The translations under genes and the position numbers were made by a program. A stretch of DNA of 64,000 bases from Hyaloraphidium curvatum SAG 235-1. Its lineage: Eukaryota > Fungi > Monoblepharomycota. The notes under the pieces were generated by a model. The model made no database searches, was not told the origin of the DNA, and saw only the letters and a list, made by a program, of their open reading frames with translations. Below are positions 21,650-33,725 of the stretch, piece after piece; position 1 is the stretch's first letter, and each line of letters starts with the position of its first letter. Location of the stretch: contig JAIVFI010000042.1 of the NCBI GenBank assembly GCA_025558095.1, forward strand, positions 186,001-250,000, written 5' to 3'.

Positions 21650-22954
21650 ATGGCCTCCAGTTCCTCCAGCGTCGGCGCATTCGTTCCTCCTGTTGTTGCG
21701 ACACCGGCAGGGGGCGCGGCGGGCGACCTACCGGTCCCCGTGCAGAGCCGGCCGGGGCTGCTTTCGGACACCCCCGTGCTCGACTCCCTGCTCCCCGTGC
21801 TAACCCCGGACGCGCTATTCCGCCTCGGCGCGACATGCCGCGCGCTGCATGGTCCAGTCAACGCTTACGCGGCCCGGGCCTTCAACGGAGACGCGCTCCT
21901 CGCGCGGTTCTTTCCTGGCGAAGTTGCAGCATTCCGCGCACTCCTGGCTCTGACGGGCGCGATCGTCTCCGGCTCGGCGGTGCTTCAACTACTGAACAGA
22001 GTGCGCTACAATGAATCGGATCTGGACGTTTATGTGCTGGCGCTGGCCGCGACGGATCTCTGCCACTGGCTCCTCGAACACGGGTACTCCCTGGGGCTCC
22101 CCGGCGAACTGGACGTCGGAAGCCAGCTCAGAGATTTGCACTATGCTATCGACTCTTTGGTTGACGATTGGTGGCGCGGGTACCGTAGGCCCGAACTCAG
22201 CGTCGAAACACTGGAGGACTACGAGCAGGGCAACTCCGTGTTCACATTCACCAGAGGCACCGACAGGGTGCAGGTGATCGTATGCAAGGGCGACGTCTTT
22301 GCTTCGGTGCTCAACTTCCACAGCACCGCGGTGCGCAACATCCTGAAGTACCGAGCCGCGTACTCGCTCTGCCCGCTAGCCACCTTGCGCAACAAAACGT
22401 CGCTGCTCCTGTATAGGGTGGGCGAGAACCTGCTGGACCCTCGCATGCAGGAGGTCATTCAGAGGTACCGCGGTCGCGGGTTCGAAATGACCGTTTCGGG
22501 GCGCCAGGAGCGCGAGCTCGGCGCTGGAGCGCGCATCGTGGGAGATCCGTGGACCTGGACTGTTCCCCAACCCATGGTCGATCTGGAGCGGCTGTTAATG
22601 GGGAACGGCATGCGCGAGGTGCCGCCCGATGCGATCGGTGGCAGGCGCTGGGAGCTCGCACAGGCCCGGGATCGGCCAATGCTGTTTGTGCGCGTGTTGG
22701 ACGGGGAGGGTTTCGAGGTCAAGCACAGGAGAGATGCGGAGTACGTGGATGAAGAAGAAGATGAGGCTGAGGAGTTTGAGGCGGACGAGGAAGAGGAGAC
22801 CGACGAGGAAAGCTGGGACGACGACGGGGAGGACGCCCCCGACACGCGCTCCGCCGTCCCAGAGGTACACCGCGCACCACGATCCCGGATTGGCGCTTTT
22901 CGAGCCTTCGTAAGAGCCTTGTGGGAGTCTCTGGCGAGGAACCGCCCGAGTTGA
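21650..22954 (+). CDS. F-box-like + Pol-beta-type nucleotidyltransferase-motif protein with acidic tail
   Basis: F-box-like DTPVLDSLLPVLTPDALFRLGATCRAL; NTase signature GAIVSGS-x12-DLDVYV; downstream VQVI and FHSTAV segments; single ORF. Confidence 0.6.
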   Translation: MASSSSSVGAFVPPVVATPAGGAAGDLPVPVQSRPGLLSDTPVLDSLLPVLTPDALFRLGATCRALHGPVNAYAARAFNGDALLARFFPGEVAAFRALLALTGAIVSGSAVLQLLNRVRYNESDLDVYVLALAATDLCHWLLEHGYSLGLPGELDVGSQLRDLHYAIDSLVDDWWRGYRRPELSVETLEDYEQGNSVFTFTRGTDRVQVIVCKGDVFASVLNFHSTAVRNILKYRAAYSLCPLATLRNKTSLLLYRVGENLLDPRMQEVIQRYRGRGFEMTVSGRQERELGAGARIVGDPWTWTVPQPMVDLERLLMGNGMREVPPDAIGGRRWELAQARDRPMLFVRVLDGEGFEVKHRRDAEYVDEEEDEAEEFEADEEEETDEESWDDDGEDAPDTRSAVPEVHRAPRSRIGAFRAFVRALWESLARNRPS

Positions 22955-23062
22955 GAAGGGAGGCGTGGATTTCGGAAGATAGAGCTTGCAATTTAACTGG
23001 CATCCAATCCAATCAAACAACACCCCGATGACAGATACACACAATGAGAATGACCAGGCGCA

Positions 23063-24559
23063 TTACTCGTCGAGACCGTCCATGCTGCAGGAGGGCGTTG
23101 AGGGAATGCCGGTTAGTCGCAGCTGCCGCGCAGGAACTGGGTCATGCACCCACGCCGGATCGATGGCCCCTGTGAGAAGCTTCATTGCGCACGCGGTCGC
23201 GAGGATGAATTGAAGTGTGGCGACGTCGCATCCGAGCAGGAGCTTCGTCAGGGCGGTTCAGCGCGGATAAACGGACGAAACCACGCACCTTGAGCATGTA
23301 CATGCCCGGACCCAGCTCCCGACCCTTGCTGGCCCACTCCTCCTGCTCCATCTCGTATTGCGAGGTGCAATCTTTAAGGAGTTAGTTGTAGAGACACCTA
23401 CTGCACCTACGGCTGACGACCCTACCGACCTATCATCGCGCCAACTGCGCTGTCGTTGTCCAGCCTCGAGAGGAAGTCCTGAGCACCACGATCGCCGCCC
23501 ACTTGGGCAAACTGGAACGCCACCGCGCCGGCCCCGTAACGCGTCTTGGCGAGGTCGGCCTTGGCCCTCTTGATGGCGTTGAAGACGTCGGTCTCGCTGT
23601 CGGGAATGCCGTCTGGAAGCCACGCAGAGATCAGTGAGGGACGGTGCGCTGCACGAGTAGAACGCACCGGTGATCGTGATCACCAGCACCGGCTTCGGAA
23701 GCTTGCCGTTCTGCGCCGGCTTCACGACCATGGGCTTGAGGACGCGGCTCTCGAGCTTCTCGCCCATGGGCGTGGAGAAGTTGAACGAAAGCTGAGGAGG
23801 AAGATCAGGACTGCTCGCAATCCGGCATTAGCCCGTGATCTCACCTTCTTGAAAAACGCCATGACGTCCGAGGCGGTCTTGACGTTGTCCATTTCCACTT
23901 TGTTGCTGAACGGGCGCACAGAGATCCCATCGTCGTCGTAGAGGCACACTAAGGCGCAGACCATCTCCAAGATGTTGACCATGTCGGTCTTGCGGCCATC
24001 CTGGTGGCAATGAAGGTATGAATTTCTCGCAACCGCTCGTGCTTCCTCCTGCTCCGCTCACCTGGGCCTCGGCTGCCTCGATCGATCCGCTGTCGTCCAC
24101 AAAGAGAACGATATCATCTGCGATAGGGCCCAGATCAGGCATGACCGCAGGCACTGCGTGTGGCGTCGCTTACAAAGGCCGAGGATCGAGAACGCCGCCA
24201 CCTCGTCCAATTCGTCAATCTCCCCGCGGAACCCGGGGTGAAGGCCCCCCGTTTGGATCCTGTTTGCATTGTACCCGATGCGCTGCGCCAAATCGGCGGC
24301 CACTCGCTGGAGCCGGTTCTCGCTAGTTCGTGATCAGCTGATCAGCGCCGCTCCCGGCACCGGAGAGCCTCGCCGCCCACTCGTAGAACGCCTGCAGTTT
24401 CTGCTCAGTGACTATCCTCCTGAGATTGGAAATGATGTCGCCGCCGTAGGGCGCGGCGTAGCCGGCGCCGACCATCCCGCCAGTCGCGGAGTACGGCGGG
24501 GGCGGGGCCAGAGGCGCGGCGTTCTGCTGGGCGGCCACGTGCTTCGAAAGAGCTCCCAT
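23063..24559 (-). CDS. vWA-domain protein, copy A (multi-exon)
   Basis: Starts MGALSKH; MIDAS DDSGS (IVLFVDDSGSI), TPMG, KPVLVITIT|DG.P, AFQFAQVG, FLSRLDND; ends MDGLDE*. Confidence 0.8.
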
Positions 24560-24990
24560 GTTGCTAGCTGGTGCTTATGAGGTGCGCGCTGAGCGCCGCT
24601 GCCCGAATGCTGTTTTCGTCAAGTGCTGTGGGAGTTCGTCAGTCAGTCAATCAAGTTGTGCACGGAAACCGCGGAAGGATCAGACACTACTTGAAATTCG
24701 GTCCAGGCACGCTCCGCCGTCATTGATGGATTGTAACAGCTTCAAAATGCTTATCCGAATTGCATCCACTCGAACGGATGCATACAGGGGGGGCAGGTCC
24801 ATGCTGAAGTGCCGACCGGGAGACAGTTTGATTGACTGACTTTCGCGATGGACTGACTGACTTTCAGGCACCAAGAAGCAGCAGCGCTTGTCGAGCCGCC
24901 GACTGCCATTGCGCCGCAGGTGAAGACCGAGTGGCGGAACTGTGTTGCCTCGTGCCTCACCGCCGTGCGCGTCACAGACAACTGCTCGCA

Positions 24991-26636
24991 ATGGGAGCCC
25001 TCTCGAAACACCTGAAGAATGCCAACGGCCCGGTTCAAGTCGGATCTGTGGCAGCTACGGAGCAGACAGTGAAGACGAGCACCCTGAATCTAGGCCTCTA
25101 CAAGACGGGGACAACCACGACGACGACGGCGGCGAACAACCCTTACGCCACCGGAGCACCCCCCGCGGCACCTCTGGCGCAGCCTTCCTATGTTCCGGCT
25201 GCCAACACTCAGCCTCTTTACCAGGCCCAGCCGGGGTACGGACAGCCCGCCCAAGCTCAGCTGCCGGGCGCGTTCCCGGCGCAGGCCTCGTACTCGCAGG
25301 CCTCGTACTCGCAGGCGGCGCCGCAGCAGGTGTACGCCCAACCCCAAACCTACGCCCAGCCGAGCTACCAGCCGGCATACCAGCAGCCGCCGCCGGCCTA
25401 CGGCGCCCCGGTGCCCGGCGGGATGGCTTCGGCCGGATCGTACAGCGATCCGTTCCTCAATCCCGCCGTCCGCGGGACGTACTCTGGACCGTACCGTGAG
25501 CTTGATTCGGACCCCTGAGCTTCCATCTTCTGATCGCGACCGTTTGCAGGCGGAGATCTGATCGGCAACCTTAAGAGGATCGTCCACGCCAACAAGCTCC
25601 AGGCCTGGTACAGGTACGCCGTGGCCTACAGCGCTCTCGAATGTCGAGACTGATCCGATCCCGACCTCAGTGATGCAAGGCTGCAGCAGCTGGCGGGCGA
25701 GCTAGCTGGAAGGCTGGGCCAAAAGTCCATGATGATCGAGTCCGCCGGCATCCATGCGGCGCTCCAGGGGGAGATCGACACGGTCGACGAGGTTGCGATG
25801 TTCAGCATTCTTGCCCTTTACGACACGATCCTGTACGTCGACGACAGCGGGAGCATCGACTTCGAGGAGCGCAGGGACGGCCGCAAGAGCGATTTGATCA
25901 CTATGATAGAGATGATTGCCTCCATGGTTCGTTGTCGGCCTGACTACCATTTCCGCTTAGTAACTCGCTCCTAGGTTTGCATTTACGACGATGACGGCAT
26001 CAGCATCCGGTTCATGAACTCGCCGCAAGCTTTCGACAACGTGCGCACGCAGCAGGACGTGATGAACGTGATCCGCCAGGTCCGCTTCGCCGGGATGACC
26101 CCTCTCGGCACCAACCTGGACCGGAAAGTGCTGCAGCCCATGGTCATCCAGCAGGCGCAGCGGTCGAACCTCCCGAAGCCGGTCCTGGTCATTACGATCA
26201 CGGACGGAACCCCGCAAGGCGAGGAGGGGAACAACAACAACCGCGTCTTCGACGTCATCAAGGGCGCCAAGGCGGCCCTCGCTCGCACTCCCTACGGAGC
26301 CGGTGCCGTCGCGTTCCAGTTCGTCCAGGTTGGGCAGGACCGCCAGGCCCAGTCGTTCCTGGAGAGACTCGACAACGATCCCCAAGTCGGTGACATGATA
26401 GGTCGGTGCGACCGCGAGCCGCAGGCGTTCATTTGATCAGAACTCCGCACATATTGCACGTCATGTTTCGAGATGGAGCAAGAAGAATGGGCCCGGAAGG
26501 GCCAGCAGTTGGGGGCGGGGATGTACCTGCTCAAGATGTTGACCGGCGCCATCGATCCCGAGTGGGTTCATCGCTGCTTGGCCAGACATCCATTCTGACA
26601 ATCGACTGCAACAGCATGGATGCGGCCGATGGCTGA
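24991..26636 (+). CDS. vWA-domain protein, copy B with Q/P/Y/A-rich N-terminus (multi-exon)
   Basis: Starts MGALSKH; ILYVDDSGSI, GMTPLG, KPVLVITITDGTP, AFQFVQVG, FLERLDND; ends MDAADG*. Confidence 0.82.
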
Positions 26637-26857
26637 GGAGCCCGCCGCCGTTCACTCGATTCCCCAGCAGAGTTTTGGCCTCAAGTAGCCATCTGATTGT
26701 AACGTCTGCGACATAGACCGGCCGCTATGCATCCAGCTTCGCATTCTCCGCGAACAACCCTTCATTCTACTCTCCTGAGCTCGATGTGTCGAGCAGCAGC
26801 ATCCGGTTGAAGCGCCTACGCCTCCGGCTCCACCTTGTCCGCGAACGACGGTGATCC

Positions 26858-28342
26858 CTATCCAGGGCAAACCGTTTCCACCGTCAAGTAGATCCCCGAG
26901 CCGCGCAGGAGCGACCACAACCCCAGGATCACCGTCAGCAGGGTGGCCGTGATGGTCCTGAGCGACCTGAACCCGACCTGGAACCCCAGGAACCTGGCGC
27001 GGAACCTTGCCAGGTCCTCCTTGTACGATTCGAGCAGGGCGTCGTGCCGCGAGAGCCTGTCCCGCTCCGCGGATGCGTTGGCGCCCGGAGGCGGCTCCCA
27101 CCGGGCCAGCAGCTCGCGGATGTCCTGCTGCGCCGTGGCGTAGCACGTAACGATGGCGTTCACCTGGGAATTGCACACGGCTATGACGAACAGGTCCTGG
27201 TAGAACGCAACGAGGAAGAAGAGAAGGAAGCAAACGTATCCCAGGGGAATACAGGATGCCACTGAAGCGTTGATGACCGCCGCAACGACGCAGCCGAGGC
27301 TGACCGAGAAAAAGACTCGACCGGCGGCGTCTTGGAAGGGCACGCGAGATTCCCAAGCGGAAACGAGCATGCTATGCAGGTCGATGTACGCCTCGCGCGG
27401 TGCGAAGCCTGTGGTTGGCTGCAAGTTCGAGCCAGTCGTCTTGTTTGCAGCTGCAGCCAGGACCGCGGCGCGCGAGGAAATGAGACTGTCGAGCGCCACG
27501 GTCATGGCGCGGCGGTACAGATTGGCGGAGAGACGCAGAAGGAAGGGGTTGGTTGGGAAGCGATAAAGTGGGGTGAGAGCCATGTTGGTGTGCGCAACAA
27601 GGAAGATGGCGGCGAGCACCGCGCTCCAGACGGTGCCCCAAGTTTGGGAACTGAAGGTCAAGAGCACCGTCCACATGGTGCCGAGAGAGCCGATGTAAAG
27701 GCTGCTGGGAACGCGCCACGTCAGCTCAAGCAGGCGCCACAGTGCTGCCTGCGAGCCGAGCCGTCCGCTGCATCCCGCACGCGGGCAGGGACAGCCTGCA
27801 TCCTTTGGATCGTGTGCAAAGAGCAGGCTCTGCCGACCTCGCTCGTCCATTTTGCCACCCTCATCCACCGCCTGCACCCAGCGCACGTAGCCCGCGAGGA
27901 CATGGGTGCTCAAGTCATCCGACATGGCAGCTTTGCCGAAGGAGGCTCGCACGGGGCCGATCAACCATATGAGGAGGCCAAAGAGAGAGAACACGGCGAA
28001 CGCGACGCAGGCCGCGGTAAGGTGCGAAGAGGAGAAGACGTCTCGCCCGAAGACGACCAACGGGGCCAGCATCGCGAGGTCCAGGCAGAGCCTTGGCAGC
28101 GCGCGCAGCCCGGGACGGCCACTCCACGGCTGCAGGGCGAGTTGCATCTGCGCGAGGCCCCGCAGGAGGCGCGGCCGGAGCGCCGCGAGGAGCTCAGAGC
28201 GGCCGAGAGCAGAAGCGGGGGCAGGCGCGTCGCCGATGTCCGCCGCCGCCAACCTCGCGCTGCGGGCCGGGGCATGCGACGTCGGGAACAGTGCCAGCCA
28301 CTCTGCGTCCGAGAAGAGTTCTCGCGGGCCCCAGGTCGCCAT
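26858..28342 (-). CDS. Multi-pass membrane protein of unknown function
   Basis: Uninterrupted ORF from MATWGPRELF with about 7 hydrophobic segments. Confidence 0.7.
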   Translation of the reverse strand: MATWGPRELFSDAEWLALFPTSHAPARSARLAAADIGDAPAPASALGRSELLAALRPRLLRGLAQMQLALQPWSGRPGLRALPRLCLDLAMLAPLVVFGRDVFSSSHLTAACVAFAVFSLFGLLIWLIGPVRASFGKAAMSDDLSTHVLAGYVRWVQAVDEGGKMDERGRQSLLFAHDPKDAGCPCPRAGCSGRLGSQAALWRLLELTWRVPSSLYIGSLGTMWTVLLTFSSQTWGTVWSAVLAAIFLVAHTNMALTPLYRFPTNPFLLRLSANLYRRAMTVALDSLISSRAAVLAAAANKTTGSNLQPTTGFAPREAYIDLHSMLVSAWESRVPFQDAAGRVFFSVSLGCVVAAVINASVASCIPLGYVCFLLFFLVAFYQDLFVIAVCNSQVNAIVTCYATAQQDIRELLARWEPPPGANASAERDRLSRHDALLESYKEDLARFRARFLGFQVGFRSLRTITATLLTVILGLWSLLRGSGIYLTVETVCPG

Positions 28343-28499
28343 CCCGGGGGAGGCGGAAAACTCGGACACTTTCCTCCGCCGCCCTCCGCCCGATCGATGG
28401 TACTCAACTCGAATACCGGAAGTCCATTGATGTCGGAAGAGAACCACAGGACGTTCGATTTCTCAATAAGTAGCATCAGATTGTAAAGCTCACGACATG

Positions 28500-29528
28500 T
28501 TACAGCTGCGACGACGCCTCTTCCTTCACCTGATCCGAGAGCTGGTGAAGCACGTACCCCGTCCACTTCCCATTGTTCACCGGCACATCCAACCCCGCGG
28601 CCTTGAATGCTTGCCTCGTCTTTGCCGCCGCTTCTTCCCCACCGGACGTCACGTGTGATTGGCCACGGACCGGCTTGAGGGCCGCGACCGCGCCGATCAC
28701 CTCGGCCGGTGGTAAAGCCGCAAGCACGCACATCACCCTCGCCGTGTCCTCGCGCAGGGGATGCTGAAAAGCGACCAGGGTCGTGCATCCGTTGACAAAG
28801 GCCGGGGGCAGCGAGGCCGCGACCGCTTCGGCGGTCCCGGCAAAGTCGAGGGACAGGAAAACCGAGTCGCCCGGCGGCCTTGGCGGGGCGCGCCAAAGGA
28901 AGGTACCCGGGACGTCGGGCTGCTGTTCGGCCTTGAGCGCAGGTTCGAGGATCTTTTCCACCATGAACTCGCTCGGCGTGCCCAGGCTGACGGTCAGGGG
29001 CGTCGAGTAGGCCAGGCCGGGTGTCATGACGATCGCGTGGCCGTCGAGGTAGTCGCGCGAGCCCGAGTGCTCGATCATGGCCAGGTCGTCGAGGTACAGC
29101 TCGGTGAATTCGAGGCGCACCGGATGAGCCTGCAGGGCTTCGGGGAGCTGTGCCGAGGGGTCCAAATCCACGAGCGACGCGTCGATTCCCATCTTTTCCA
29201 GTCCCGCAATGACGGCGGGGAGCGGCACGCCCATGCGGAGCTTCTTCTTTGCGGCGGAGAGCTGCGGGTGCTCCCCGATGGTGCGCGCGGGTGGAGCGCA
29301 CAGGTCCGCATCGGCCTCGGCGGTACGGAAGAAGTACGTCGGCACGCACGGCGTGTCCCGCTTAGTCGCCACGGCGCACGCTGTCAGCCCGCGGAGCACC
29401 TCGGCGGCGGCGGCGGGCGACGGAGCTTCCCAAAACACGTGCAGCAGGAACGTCGCGCCGGGCGCGTACGTGACCCGGCCCTTCTCGGCCGCCAAGAGCT
29501 CGTTGAGGGACTTGTACTGGCCGGCCAT
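28500..29528 (-). CDS. Hypothetical protein, possible dimeric alpha/beta-barrel (ABM-like) fold
   Basis: ORF from MAGQYKS; pattern FLLHVFW..., TPCVPTYFF, LEFTELYLDDLAMIEH resembles ABM/quinol monooxygenase motifs. Confidence 0.55.
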   Translation of the reverse strand: MAGQYKSLNELLAAEKGRVTYAPGATFLLHVFWEAPSPAAAAEVLRGLTACAVATKRDTPCVPTYFFRTAEADADLCAPPARTIGEHPQLSAAKKKLRMGVPLPAVIAGLEKMGIDASLVDLDPSAQLPEALQAHPVRLEFTELYLDDLAMIEHSGSRDYLDGHAIVMTPGLAYSTPLTVSLGTPSEFMVEKILEPALKAEQQPDVPGTFLWRAPPRPPGDSVFLSLDFAGTAEAVAASLPPAFVNGCTTLVAFQHPLREDTARVMCVLAALPPAEVIGAVAALKPVRGQSHVTSGGEEAAAKTRQAFKAAGLDVPVNNGKWTGYVLHQLSDQVKEEASSQL

Positions 29529-30053
29529 CGCGATGTGCCTGGACGAGTTTCTCCGCTTCGATCGATCGAGCTTGACATCCTCCTCGGAAGCCGATCCATG
29601 GAAATCAATCCACTTGATCTGCAGCCAGTGCACCGTTATGCGAGCGTAACTGGATGATCTGCGAAGACCGCGAAGGACAGGTGGGGTGGAGTGCTTGTGC
29701 CCGCCGCTTCCGAAGGCCGCCGCGAGGCCCGTGCCAATCGCGCAAACGAGCCAACCCCTGGAGTAACAGATTCAGATTCACTCCGTATCGGCGTCGGGCG
29801 CCGTGGATTGTGTCGATAGCGCCGCGTGGCTGCGCTGGGATGGGAGAGTTAACGCGACAGAGACAACCCCCGGCAATTCGCGCCGATCCCGCAACGGAAG
29901 AACTAGCTAGAGACTATGGATCTGTATCTCCGCGTTATGGCCGGAATGAATTGTTGGCAGGCCTGTTTTCGGTGATCGACCCCCGACTGATTTAGGCGGC
30001 GGCAGGGCGGCCCGTCTGCACTCTGGGTCTGAGCGGACGAGGCCACGCGCGCC

Positions 30054-32286
30054 ATGGCCAGCAGCAGCGGCGGGGCGCCGGGCGCGCCGGGGCCGCCGGA
30101 GCCGCTCGACGCAGCAATGCCCGACATCGGCGCGGCGGCGATAGTCGACGACGTGCCCGCCGTGTCGGTCGAGCACGCGGCGCCGCAGCGGCCCGCGATC
30201 GCGATCCCCTCGCCGAACGTGCTGCGCAAGATCGCCGACGCGCAGCTGCGACGCGTTGAGCCCGGCACCCCGATCGACTACACCGAGTTCGTGATCCCGG
30301 ACACCGGCGAGAAGGTGTCGACAATCGACCGCGTCATGAAGGGTGGGCACGCCGCGCGTCCAAGCGCCCGTTGCGGCCCCTAATTGCGCCGTGTTCTGGG
30401 GCAGACGTGCCGCCGCCGGCGACGGGACGGCCCACGGACGCAGAGTTCTGGTCCAAGAAGGACCCGTCGAAGCCGGACCTCGACTTCCTTAAGCAGCACT
30501 TTTTCCGCGAGGGCCGGCTGACCGAGGACCAGTGCCTCTACATTATCGACAAGGGCACGGAACTGCTCCGCAAGGAGCCGAACGTGCTCGAGGTCGACGC
30601 GCCCATCACCGTGGCCGGGGACATTCACGGGCAGTACTACGACCTAATGAAGCTCCTGGAAGTGGGCGGGAACCCGGAGACGACGCGCTACCTTTTTCTT
30701 GGTGACTACGTCGACCGCGGATACTTTAGTATTGAGGTGGGGGACCTGTTTTGGCCGCCGCGGGCGGACGGTGTGAACCCATCCTCCTTCACCCCTCCGC
30801 AGTGTTACATATACCTTCTGGCGATCAAGATTTGGTACCCCAACACGTGTTTCATGCTCCGCGGCAACCACGAGTGCCGCCACCTCACCGATTACTTTAC
30901 CTTCAAACTCGAGTGTGGGTACCCGACCTTCGCCTGTCTTCGTGCCCTCCATGGCTTCCTCTGACTCTTTCTTCGCCTCTTTCCGCTCGCTCTTATCCCT
31001 TTCGCGTGGACAGGCAAGCACAAGTACACCGAACGCGTGTACGATGCCTGCCTCGACTCCTTCTGCTGCCTCCCCCTTGCCGCCATCATGAACAAGCAGT
31101 TCCTCTGCATCCACGGCGGCCTCTCCCCGGAGCTGGCGACGGTCGACGACATCCGCCACCTGAACCGCTTCCGCGAGCCCCCGACCCACGGGCTCATGTG
31201 CGACCTGCTCTGGGCCGACCCGCTCGAGGACTTTGGGCAGGAGAAGAACCAGACCGAGATGTACTCCCACAACCACGTGCGGGGGTGCAGCTACTTCTTC
31301 TCGTACGCCGCGGCTTGCACCTTTTTGGAGCGCAACAACCTGCTCAGCGTGATCCGCGCTCACGAGGCCCAGGACGCCGGGTACCGCATGTACCGCAAGA
31401 CGCGCACCACCGGCTTCCCGTCTGTGATCACGATCTTTTCGGCGCCGAACTACCTCGACGTCTACTCTAACAAAGGTGCGGTTTTGAAGCCGTGGAGGGG
31501 TTTTGAAGGGAGATCGGGGGGCCGGTTGGGAAGGGTAGAGCCGGAGGTGACTTTTGACAACAAACTGACCTTCCTTCCCTCGACAGCCGCGGTTCTCAAA
31601 TACGAGAACAACGTTATGAACATCAGGCAGTTCAATTGCAGCCCACATCCTTACTGGTTGCCGAACTTCATGGGTACGCCCGCTCGATTCTTTTGGGCGT
31701 CCCTTTCCCTAACGTCGGACTTCCGGTAGATTGCTTCACGTGGAGTTTGCCGTTCGTGGGCGAGAAAGGTGGGCCGCGGCGTTGGGCGCGTTTTTGGAGC
31801 TGGGCCGTTGACACGTTTCGGAACCCATTTCTGACCGATAAACCAGTTGCCGATATGCTCATGGCGATCCTCTCTGTAACGAGCAAGGAGGAGCTGGACG
31901 ACGACAGCCTGTTCTCGGAGGACCAGCCGGACGAGGTCATGGAGGATGCAGTGCTGCAACCCGAGAGCGCCCAGACCAGCCCGACGGAGCACCGCCGGCA
32001 GGTCATCCGAAACAAGATCCGGGCGATCGGGAGGCTCGCGCGCATCTTCGGGACGCTGCGGGAGGAGTTCGAGTCGGTGTCGGAGCTCAAGACGCGGATG
32101 GGCACGGACAAGCTGCCGTACGCGTCGCTGGCGCTGGGAGCCGAGGGGCTCAAGGCGCAGATCTCGTCGTTCGAGCAGGCGCGCGCGGCGGACCTGGACA
32201 ACGAGAGGCTGCCGGTGGGCGGGGGGCACGCGACGATTCCGCGGAGGTCGACGCCGCCCGCGGCGCCGAAGGAAGAGGGGAGCTGA
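30054..32286 (+). CDS. CNA1: Calcineurin A catalytic subunit (PP2B), spliced
   Basis: [61 protein letters not shown], calmodulin-binding [15 protein letters not shown], autoinhibitory [16 protein letters not shown]. Confidence 0.97.
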
Positions 32287-32401
32287 GGCAGGCGGGTGCG
32301 GGGAGGGTCTTGCGGGCAGATATATGGCGACGTGTATGTGCGGTCATTTACGGGCAAATTCGGAGCAGAACGCCTTCTGATTTCCGGTTCGGACCCCGAC
32401 A

Positions 32402-33574
32402 TTACTCCCAAACGACCTTCTCCTTCCTCAAGAACCCGTCCACGCCATCTTTCGCGCTCGCTGGCGAAAAATCAAAATCAGACCATGAAGGAAAAGTGCA
32501 ATGCGCTGTCGTAACCCACACAGCATCATGTTCTCGACCATCACGCGCGAGGCGTACGCGTAGGCTGCAGCAGGAGGCGAGGTGAGGACGAACTATTGAG
32601 GGTGCGGCGCAACGACGCACCGTCCTCCAATTTCGCCATATCCGCATGCTTCCAGAAGGCGTGCTATATTTGCTGCCCCGTGAGCAGAGATCTTCAATGG
32701 CGACCGACAGTCCAGCCCACCTTGCCGATGACGAGGGTGGCAAACGAGCGCGTCCCGATCGTTGTGCACGTGTCGTCGATCGCCGCGTCGAGCTCGTCAT
32801 GGGGGACGACCTTGGACACCAAGCCTTGCTGCCAAGCCTCGTGGGCCGTCAGCGGCTCGCCCTGGAAACCACCAGCGCGATCCGTCAGGGAAACAGAACC
32901 TACGACGCCGACGAACAGGATCCCACGGTGAAAAGCATGTGGAGCGAATGCTTTGAAGGCACCGACAGCGGCCTCGCGAGCGGGATCGAAGGAGTCGTGC
33001 AAAACAGCCCGATTTGAACCCCCGGAGTCGCGAACGTCGCCCTATCCGACGCGATTGCCAAGTCCGATTGCGCGACCAGCTGCGTGCCCGCCGCAGTCGT
33101 CAGGCCCTGCACCCGCGCGATGACGGGCTGCGGCAGGCGCCGCAGGAGCAGCATCACGTCCTGGCACTTTGCAAACACCTTCTCCACCAGGGCGCGGTCC
33201 TGCGTTGCCATCTCTTTCAGGTCGTGTCCGCTCGAAAAGACCGGACCGGCCGACTCGAGCACGACGACCTTGCACTTGCGGTTCACGCCCCGCAGGCTGC
33301 CTTCGATGTCGTCCAGGTCGAGCCAGCCGTCCCTGTACTCCCAGCCCGGGTTCACGGCCTTGAGTTGCGCCTCCAGGTCCGCGAGCACGTCGTACGAGAG
33401 CGCGTTGCGCTTCCGCTCGTTGTTAATGTTGACGCGCGCGAGGTACGGAATCGCGCGGCGCGAGGGGGCCTCCGCCTGCGCCGCGGCTGCGGAGGCGCGC
33501 CGGAGTTGGTGCATCGCGGGCTGCAGCGCCGTCCACCGGCGGCACGCACGGACGGAGGCCGCAGCGGAGGCCAT
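32402..33574 (-). CDS. ECHDC3: Enoyl-CoA hydratase domain-containing protein 3-like (crotonase), likely mitochondrial; spliced
   Basis: Arg/Ala-rich presequence; KRNALS, GPVFSSGHDLKE, PQPVIARVQGLTTAAGTQLVA, FATPGVQIGLFCTTP, MLFT; ends GFLRKEKVVWE*. Confidence 0.85.
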
Positions 33575-33725
33575 CGGCGTCGGCAGTTACGGGCGAGTGG
33601 CAAATGGTGGCGCCCCCGCACGCCTCTCCGCAAGCGAACGCACGAGGCTCGATCGAGCCAAAGCACTGCTTTCTGTTGCATATTCCGCATTAAGAGATAG
33701 TACATCCGTCTGGAAGAGTTGGAAA

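Noticed and set aside
17931-21861. Very long ORFs 17931-21551 (+) and 18457-21861 (-)
   Set aside because: Arg/Ala/Gly-rich GC shadow frames overlapping the better-supported 18508-21414 gene.
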